A stretch of DNA of 64,000 nucleotides from a virus (Duplodnaviria; Caudoviricetes): positions 128,001-192,000 of IMG/VR virus record IMGVR_UViG_3300011774_000001; one strand, 5' to 3'. This document shows, one piece after another, positions 57,354-64,000 of the stretch (its first letter is position 1; every line of letters begins with the position of its first letter). Position numbers and translations under genes: made by a program. The notes under the pieces were generated by a model. It ran no database searches and was not told the DNA's origin. It saw only the letters and a list, made by a program, of their open reading frames with translations.

Positions 57354-58958
57354 ATGAACAAAGGCGTAAAGATTCTCTCCATTCTGCTGGCTGAAGCCCC
57401 ACCTTCTCCGCAGTTGTTCGTGCGTCCTTGGGAAGTGCGTTGGGAAGATGGCTATACTGACCAGCTGCTGGAAGCTACCAACGATGGTAGCAACCTGTCC
57501 GCCAGCGCAATCCGTCAGGTCGCCACAGAAATGCTGGTACCGGCAGCTGCCCATGCTGGTGCTGTAAACATCGCTAACGGTTTCGGCTTTACCCGCGGCA
57601 CTGTGACCATGGTTGTCGAGACCGAAGACGTAGGTGGTCGTAAGACCCAGGAGATCATCTCCGGCTACACCGACCATCTGGGCATCGGCGGTACGGACAC
57701 CAACCCGATCTTCAACCCAGAGATGCGGTTGTTCTTCAACCACATGGGTACGCTGACCATGACCCCTGGTAGCGGTCACGATGGCTACGGGATGTATCAG
57801 TTCGGCAACGCTACTGAGATCCTCACCCCGATGACCGGCTGGGATAGTCAGAACGAGATCCCAATCGTCAACCGTCAAGCAGCCACCATGCGTCCAAAAG
57901 ACGTAATGGCTAGCCTGGGTGAAGGTGCATTCGCTGGCATGGGCATGCATGACCCAGCGGGTCAGTCGAAGGTCAACGGCGCTCCAGTGCTCGGCAACAC
58001 CAGTTATCAGTTCGGTAGCCGTGCCAAGCGTTCGAGCTTCGACAACAACGTGGCCACCGAGTTCGTGTCTCGCGTCTTCACCGGTGTACGTGACACCATG
58101 CTGGACAACTCTACTGATCATCGCCAGTACGGCAATGCTCTGCAGAAGGCCAGCGAGTCCAAGTACATCAACGAGCCGATGACCTCGAACTCTGCAATGA
58201 TGCTGCTGCTTCAACGCCGCAGTCAGTTCCAGCAAGAGTGGTCCGTCACTCTGCAAGAGCTGATCAACATCGACCACACCATCCCAAGCCGTATCCAACC
58301 GATCAAGCTGACCGTGCAACAACGTCAGACCTTCGGCGCGATCATGAGCAACACCGATGGTTGGAATGAAACCAGCTTTGAAGGTCAAGTGGCTCAGCTG
58401 GCTTCGCTGATCATGCCCAACGCAATGGCCAAGTTTGCTCTGGGTCATCTGCACTTCACTGCACACACTGAAACCCTCGACGGTTCGGTGGACGTACGCA
58501 TCATGAACTTGGCGGGTATCGCTCAGGGCATCGATCCACGTACGGTGGTGAACATGATCAAGCAGCACCTTGCGTTCGAGGTGTTCCCTGCACTGACCAT
58601 GGGTCGCTTCAAGATCCACATCGAGGCCAACATTTCGTTGAACCGGATCTCGTCGATCACCGTGGGTGTTAACGGTGGAATGAAGAAACCGTTCCCGATC
58701 GCAAGCTACTGCTCGGCGCTGTACAGCCCGTGCTTGGCTCCAAACGTTGGGGTGCTGGAAAAGGTTGCTACTGACCTTAGTGGTGTGGCGGCAACGCTTA
58801 CTGCAGCGGCAATGAAAAGTGGTCCAGGCATTATCCTGCCTAGCCATGAACCTGCGCCGATGATGGACTATGGTAGCGGTGGTATTTCCGCCACTCCACT
58901 GTCCCAAGTCAACTTCACCAATCCAGGCAATGTGCCTGGCGGTGGTCTCGGATTCTGA
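57354..58958 (+). CDS. picA: nuclear import factor PicA/Imp1 (phiKZ gp69-like)
   Basis: Follows the gp68-like gene; I.NG, GYTD, P.MRLFFN and MRP.DV motifs; similar size. Confidence 0.7.
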   Translation: MNKGVKILSILLAEAPPSPQLFVRPWEVRWEDGYTDQLLEATNDGSNLSASAIRQVATEMLVPAAAHAGAVNIANGFGFTRGTVTMVVETEDVGGRKTQEIISGYTDHLGIGGTDTNPIFNPEMRLFFNHMGTLTMTPGSGHDGYGMYQFGNATEILTPMTGWDSQNEIPIVNRQAATMRPKDVMASLGEGAFAGMGMHDPAGQSKVNGAPVLGNTSYQFGSRAKRSSFDNNVATEFVSRVFTGVRDTMLDNSTDHRQYGNALQKASESKYINEPMTSNSAMMLLLQRRSQFQQEWSVTLQELINIDHTIPSRIQPIKLTVQQRQTFGAIMSNTDGWNETSFEGQVAQLASLIMPNAMAKFALGHLHFTAHTETLDGSVDVRIMNLAGIAQGIDPRTVVNMIKQHLAFEVFPALTMGRFKIHIEANISLNRISSITVGVNGGMKKPFPIASYCSALYSPCLAPNVGVLEKVATDLSGVAATLTAAAMKSGPGIILPSHEPAPMMDYGSGGISATPLSQVNFTNPGNVPGGGLGF

Positions 58959-60349
58959 TGGGAAACAACATGGAAAACACACTGGAAAAGACGCTCAACT
59001 TTCTCACCGAGATCCTGACGTCGTTAGGCTGTACAGTGCGAGGCCGGATGATCCTTATCGTCACTGAAGACGGTGAGTATGAAATCCAGGTCGATGGCAA
59101 GACCATGGTACTGCCCACGCCGGAGACGCTGAAGCTCTCCAACTGGGACAAGGAAATCGCCTTCTGGCCACTGTGCGAAAGCACGTTGCGTGGTGAGTCG
59201 GAGATCCAGCACGAAATCCTGTCCATGGTCAAGGGCGCGGTAAACGTGCGTTTGGCTGCGCTGATCTGGGAACTGTTCAAAGTTGCCAACAGCGAGGAAT
59301 GCAAGGCGAACAAACTCACGCCAGAACAGGCTGAGTTCCTGCCACACATTCCAGGCCTCGATGCAGACATGGTCAAGCGCATGGGCAAACTCGTGTTGGG
59401 TGTAAACCCGGCCGATTACAAAACCAGCCTGATCCACATCAACCTCAAGCGTCGTACCAAGATCAACGGTCAGCCGTTTGACCGTGCGTGCCTGGTTCGC
59501 TTCCCTCTGGCCGAGATGGAACGCAAGGAGAAGCCATTCGGCGTCGACCTGCGTGTCAAGGACATGGATGCACTGACCAACCTGCTGGACTACATCTTGC
59601 CTGAATGGCAGATCGAAAACAGCTACAGTCGTGGCACTGACAGTAAGGTTGCTCCGTACTTCGTGGCAACGCTGCTGGCCTACCAGAACATCAATGCCCG
59701 TATCACCATGCTGGCCCAGCGCTTCGAACCAACCTTCCCCAAGTTCGGGGCATTGGTCAACGAAGACAACTGGGTAGAATGCATGGACGACCTGCATCGC
59801 ATGCGCGATTGCATGCCGAACCTGCCGGGCAACGATGGTGCTGTGGTGCGCAACAACGCAGTCAACGAAGCACCGGTGATCAACAACGAGCCTCGCGCTC
59901 CGCGTGCAGTCCCAATGCAGCAACAACCACAGCAACAACCTAAGCAGGAAACTCTGCCATGGGAAGAGCAAGGTGCGCAATCTCCTGCCCCTACTCGTCG
60001 CGTTGAAGCTGATGACGACGTGGTCGAATACGTGCCTCGTCAAGCGCAGCAACCACAAGCTGGCCAGATCCCTCTGGGTCAGCCAGCCTACGGTGCTCCC
60101 GGTACGATCCCTGCTGGTTATGGAAACAATGCTCCGGTCAATGGCCCAAGCTTTGCGGAAATCCAGCGTGCTCGTCAAGGCGGTAACGCCGCTTACATGC
60201 AGGTTAACCAACCTGTCCCTGTAGGTGGTAGCCCGTTCGGTAGTGATGCGCGTGTCGACACCACCAACAATACGGGTGGTTACAGTGTTGGTTACGTGAA
60301 CTCCGGTGCAGCTGGGCAGTACAGCCAGCCATCGGGTCGCGGATACTGA
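58958..60349 (+). CDS. conserved core protein (phiKZ gp70-like) with disordered Q/P-rich C-terminus
   Basis: LPT...L, F.PLCES..RGES, APYF motifs; synteny. Confidence 0.75.
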   Translation: MGNNMENTLEKTLNFLTEILTSLGCTVRGRMILIVTEDGEYEIQVDGKTMVLPTPETLKLSNWDKEIAFWPLCESTLRGESEIQHEILSMVKGAVNVRLAALIWELFKVANSEECKANKLTPEQAEFLPHIPGLDADMVKRMGKLVLGVNPADYKTSLIHINLKRRTKINGQPFDRACLVRFPLAEMERKEKPFGVDLRVKDMDALTNLLDYILPEWQIENSYSRGTDSKVAPYFVATLLAYQNINARITMLAQRFEPTFPKFGALVNEDNWVECMDDLHRMRDCMPNLPGNDGAVVRNNAVNEAPVINNEPRAPRAVPMQQQPQQQPKQETLPWEEQGAQSPAPTRRVEADDDVVEYVPRQAQQPQAGQIPLGQPAYGAPGTIPAGYGNNAPVNGPSFAEIQRARQGGNAAYMQVNQPVPVGGSPFGSDARVDTTNNTGGYSVGYVNSGAAGQYSQPSGRGY

Positions 60350-60395
60350 CGGCATAGCCCCTCCCCTCGCAAGAGGGGAGGGGAACTATCACGGC
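60350..60395. terminator. bidirectional terminator
   Basis: CGGCATAG-CCCCTCCCCTC-GCAA-GAGGGGAGGGG. Confidence 0.85.
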
Positions 60396-60400
60396 GGTTA

Positions 60401-60751
60401 TTATTTTACCACCTTACTGCGAGATGTAACGTACAATCCCTTAAGTCGGGTATACGAGTCTCTCGCAGGGATGTACAACACGGTGGTATTCTGGTCGAAC
60501 TCAGTGGGACTTTCCATGTCACTCAGTCGCATGATCGCAAAGTGGTACTCAGGATGAATGCTCTTGGCTGAAAGATAGCCGTAGAGGTCATACTGGTATT
60601 TAAAGGCATCGTGGTTGTCGACTGCGTGGACTTCAAACCGACCATCCTGACGGAAGTAAGCCCGATGAGTTTCGATCATCAGCCTGAAACCGTCTTCATT
60701 GGTAAAGGTGTCCGGCACTGGGGTTGCCAGTTTACGCAAAGGCGATCCCAT
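60401..60751 (-). CDS. conserved small phiKZ-like protein (possible LysM-like structural protein)
   Basis: AGGA SD; E.H, DLYGYL, IMRL...SP..F, LYIP pattern. Confidence 0.65.
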   Translation of the reverse strand: MGSPLRKLATPVPDTFTNEDGFRLMIETHRAYFRQDGRFEVHAVDNHDAFKYQYDLYGYLSAKSIHPEYHFAIMRLSDMESPTEFDQNTTVLYIPARDSYTRLKGLYVTSRSKVVK

Positions 60752-60780
60752 GGGTTAGTTCCTGCAGGTAATGGAATTTG

Positions 60781-60801
60781 AGACCTAGATTATCAAGTTG
60801 A
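60781..60801 (+). promoter_or_regulatory. phage promoter motif, copy 10
   Basis: AGACCTAGATTATCAAGTTGA upstream of nvRNAP beta. Confidence 0.8.
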
Positions 60802-60881
60802 AGGTCGTTTGGCTTTCATATGTTAGGCTTTGATTAGGACGAGCACTTCAGTCGTCGTGGTCAAAAGGAGATAGGATCAAT

Positions 60882-62990
60882 ATGCCCCGTTCAAAGGCGA
60901 ATCAACTGCATCCTGAGTTTCTCTCGACGCAGAACCTGAACCCTTTTGCGGGTAATGACTCGGCCTCGCGTAAGCAGATGATGGCGGGCAACATGCCCCA
61001 AGCGTTGTCCCTGCTTAATCCAACTCGTCGTATTCTCATGACGGGCATGGAACCTGAGTACGCGAAATACGTGTTCAAGATTGAGATGCCGTGCGACGCG
61101 TTCGTCATCGATGTCATTGACCGAGTCACTGCCAGCAATGTTAAAGGAGCTTTGAAGCGCAACCCAGAAACAGTTGTGATCTACGAGGACATCAACACCG
61201 GCGAAGTTGGGGTTATGTACATCCCCGAGTATCTGTCGTTCCATAAGCGATTTGGTTTCGAGCTTGTGAAAGTTCCTGAAGCCATGGCGCTACTGGTTCC
61301 AGGGAACGGCGTCCCCAAAGGTACTGTCTTTGCCAAACCTGCTACTGTAACGTCGGAAGGCGAGTACATGTACGGGCGGGAGCTGTCTTGCGTCTGGGCT
61401 ACGTTGCCAGGGGTAATTGAAGACGGCGGTATCATCTCTGAATCTGCTGCACGCAACATGTCGACTTACATGTACGAGGAGCGTACTGCCTCCTACGGTA
61501 AGTCTGAATACCCGCTGAACCTGTTCGGTGACGATGAAGTCTATCGCATGTGTCCAGACATCGGCGGTATTGTGGGTGACGATGGTATCCTGATGGCATT
61601 CCGTCGCAAGCGTGACATGATGGGTTCGGTTGAAATGACCCCAGAACGTCTGCGCAAGATCGACCGCATCTCTGATCGTCAGATCAAGGTGCCGCCAGGA
61701 TCAGAGATCGTCAACATCACTGTCCAACACGATGGTGAGGCTCGGGTTAACAACACGCCACATGGCATGGAATACACCCCAGCCCGTTATGACGATGCAC
61801 AACGGCGCTACTATCAGCGGATCATTGCCAAGTACCGTGAGCTGGAGCATTCTCGCCCTGGCGAACAACTGGTGCTGTCGCGTGAGTTCCACCGCCTGGT
61901 TGTAGAAGCGCTGGTGTACATCAACCCGTATCACAAGGGTGGTCGTAAGCTGTGCTACCGTAAGGTAGAGCTGGATGACTGGCGCATCACTGTAACGGTT
62001 CGCAAAGAGATCCGTGCGGGTATGGGGATCAAGATCACCTGTACTCACGGCGGTAAAGGCGTAATCGTCAAGGTGATGAAAGACGAGGATATGCCACGCG
62101 ATCAGCATGGTCGTATCATCGATCTGGTCATGGACCCGATGTCGCTAACCAAGCGGATGAACATGGGCCGAGTAATCGAACCCCGTATTAGTTCTGTCTG
62201 CATGGAATACACCCGACTGCTGCGTGAAGAGTTGGGTCTGCGCGACGAGTTCACCGATGAGTTCGTAGCTCGCACCGCTATCCAGAAAATGGACAGTGGT
62301 AAACAGGATGAGTTCTTCAAGCGGTTCATGAGCTTCTACGAGCTGATCAGTCCACGCATGCATAAAGGCATCGAAAGCTACAAGGACTTCGATGTCACAG
62401 GTCACCTGACAACGGTGGCTTCACATGGCATGCAGCTGTGGCTACCAACGGACAACCCGGTGGTGTACTCGGATATTCTGCCTCGACTCAAGAAAGAACA
62501 TCCGTGCAACTACAGCAAGATTACCTGGCGCAATGCGAAAGGTCGTGTGTTCACCAGCCGTAAAGACATGGTGATCGGTTCCATCTACACGATCATGCTG
62601 GAGAAGATCGCCCGAGACATGGCCGCCGTATCCTCGGCTAAGCTACAGATCAACGGTGTTCCATCCAGGATTGCAAACAGCGATCGCTACAGCACTCACA
62701 TCCGTATGCAGCCCATGCGGTTTGCGGGTGAGACTGAAGTGCGCCTGATGCTGATGGCTATCGGTGGTATGGCAACGCGGGACTTGCTGGAACAAACCAA
62801 CAACCCCGACTCGCATGCCATCGTGTACGAAAGCATCTTGCTGGCAGAGCAGCCCACCAACATCGATGAAGTCATCCCGCGGGACAAGTTCCCTGCGAAC
62901 GGACATCGGATCGCCAGACAGATCAAAGACCTGCACCTGTGTGCGGGTATCGCGTTTGAGTTGATCCCCGACAACATCCCAACTGAGTGA
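60882..62990 (+). CDS. non-virion RNA polymerase beta C-terminal subunit (phiKZ gp71-73-like), uninterrupted
   Basis: DSASR.QM...NMPQA, IEDG..IS, GIKIT..HGGKGVI, KRMNMG, MRFAGETEVR. Confidence 0.93.
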   Translation: MPRSKANQLHPEFLSTQNLNPFAGNDSASRKQMMAGNMPQALSLLNPTRRILMTGMEPEYAKYVFKIEMPCDAFVIDVIDRVTASNVKGALKRNPETVVIYEDINTGEVGVMYIPEYLSFHKRFGFELVKVPEAMALLVPGNGVPKGTVFAKPATVTSEGEYMYGRELSCVWATLPGVIEDGGIISESAARNMSTYMYEERTASYGKSEYPLNLFGDDEVYRMCPDIGGIVGDDGILMAFRRKRDMMGSVEMTPERLRKIDRISDRQIKVPPGSEIVNITVQHDGEARVNNTPHGMEYTPARYDDAQRRYYQRIIAKYRELEHSRPGEQLVLSREFHRLVVEALVYINPYHKGGRKLCYRKVELDDWRITVTVRKEIRAGMGIKITCTHGGKGVIVKVMKDEDMPRDQHGRIIDLVMDPMSLTKRMNMGRVIEPRISSVCMEYTRLLREELGLRDEFTDEFVARTAIQKMDSGKQDEFFKRFMSFYELISPRMHKGIESYKDFDVTGHLTTVASHGMQLWLPTDNPVVYSDILPRLKKEHPCNYSKITWRNAKGRVFTSRKDMVIGSIYTIMLEKIARDMAAVSSAKLQINGVPSRIANSDRYSTHIRMQPMRFAGETEVRLMLMAIGGMATRDLLEQTNNPDSHAIVYESILLAEQPTNIDEVIPRDKFPANGHRIARQIKDLHLCAGIAFELIPDNIPTE

Positions 62991-62995
62991 ATGCC

Positions 62996-64000
62996 ATGTC
63001 ACTGATGGTTATCAATGGACGTGAGCTGCTAGGCATGCGTCCTGAGCGCGTCAATGATTGGCTCATGGCAAAGGGCTTGGCAGAAGACGGAAAGCTTCTG
63101 CTACAGCTCGATGATGGGCAACATGAGTCATCGGTACAGCGGGTGGTTTACTCCACCTTCTGTTGGAACTTTCAACGGATCTGGAAGAACACGGCACTGT
63201 GTGGTCGCCATACGCTTCTTTATCCAGCCCGCATTACCTCCAACAGCCACCTGCGGTTGATGGAGCACAGCTACTGGGATACGTTCGACACCTACCTTGA
63301 AGCGGGTGAAGAACTGGATCTGGAGTATCTGGACCTGATCGGTTGTAAGTCGGCTAACGCCATTTACAACTACGCGGTGAACGAACTGCAAGAGTGGATC
63401 GAAACGCTGTCGCTCGACGATTACTCTGACGTGGTTGAATCACCCGAGATCAAAAAGGCGTTGGATACAGTAGAACCCAACCGTCGTTCCGTGGCAGAGT
63501 GTCACGACAACATCGGTCGCCTGCTGATGAATTCGCCTGATCTGGAAAAGAACACACTGGCAGAGTTCTGCCGGTCTAAGTTCATCCAGAACGGCCAGGT
63601 ACTGCAGTGCATTGGTCCTAAGGGCTATCCCACTGAGATCAGCTCGGGTTACTTCCGTCATCCGATTCTGAACTCGTTCTTGACAGGTCTGAACACGCTG
63701 TACGAAAGTGCGGCTGAGTCTCGCTCTGCTACTAAAGCGATGTACTACTCAAAAGACCACGTTGAGAAAGGTGAATACTTCCAGCGTAAGATGCAGCTGG
63801 GTGCGTTCCCTGTGGCACGGTTGTTCAAGGGCGACTGCGGATCTACCAAGTACCTGCAGATCACGATGAGTGAAGAACTGCTCTACGCGTTCGCCGGTAA
63901 GTACCGGCTGATGCCTGAGACCGGTAAGCTCACTCCCATCTGGAAGAACAGCCGTGAACTGATCGGTCAAACGATCCTACTGCGTTCCTCGATTCACTGT
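62996..64000 (+). CDS. non-virion RNA polymerase beta-prime C-terminal subunit (phiKZ gp74-like), 3' truncated by the window
   Basis: Open frame from ATG 62996 (MSLMVINGRELL) to the window end; QVLQCIGPKG, AESRSATKA, EYFQRKMQL, GDCGST, LRS motifs. Confidence 0.88.
   Translation, partial: MSLMVINGRELLGMRPERVNDWLMAKGLAEDGKLLLQLDDGQHESSVQRVVYSTFCWNFQRIWKNTALCGRHTLLYPARITSNSHLRLMEHSYWDTFDTYLEAGEELDLEYLDLIGCKSANAIYNYAVNELQEWIETLSLDDYSDVVESPEIKKALDTVEPNRRSVAECHDNIGRLLMNSPDLEKNTLAEFCRSKFIQNGQVLQCIGPKGYPTEISSGYFRHPILNSFLTGLNTLYESAAESRSATKAMYYSKDHVEKGEYFQRKMQLGAFPVARLFKGDCGSTKYLQITMSEELLYAFAGKYRLMPETGKLTPIWKNSRELIGQTILLRSSIHC

Overview
This is a 64 kb segment of a nucleus-forming jumbo phage genome (phiKZ-like, Chimalliviridae). 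The host is probably Pseudomonas, inferred from the Pseudomonas-type LigA architecture, a host-like SspB and KPAA repeats. The left ~31 kb is an accessory region of densely packed + strand genes: NADAR-like protein, SspB, ThyA, DprA-like protein, several apparently inactivated enzyme paralogues and many hypotheticals, with NAD-dependent ligase on the - strand. The right half is the conserved core block: PhuZ tubulin, family-B DNA polymerase, chimallin, nvRNAP subunits, Imp3-like, SbcD-like, ChmC-like, gp68-like, PicA/Imp1-like and gp70-like genes. Ten copies of a phage promoter motif (ARACCTARANYATNNNNNTGA) and about 18 hairpin terminators with a TTATGC-type tail organise transcription. The most notable observations are: (1) an early-promoter-driven tandem array of ~9 very divergent small proteins sharing one architecture, between PhuZ and the DNA polymerase; (2) a G-GGA-AAG -1 frameshift that would add a KPAA-rich basic tail to a non-tail protein; (3) a >450 nt multi-stem ncRNA candidate at the window start; (4) two SD-preceded in-frame starts and a structured 3' UTR on chimallin; (5) an SSB-like DDDIPL C-terminus on ChmC; (6) a phage SspB with an intact ClpX-binding motif; (7) a 49-aa gene nested in another ORF. 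All family assignments come from motif recognition and recalled synteny. No database searches were run.
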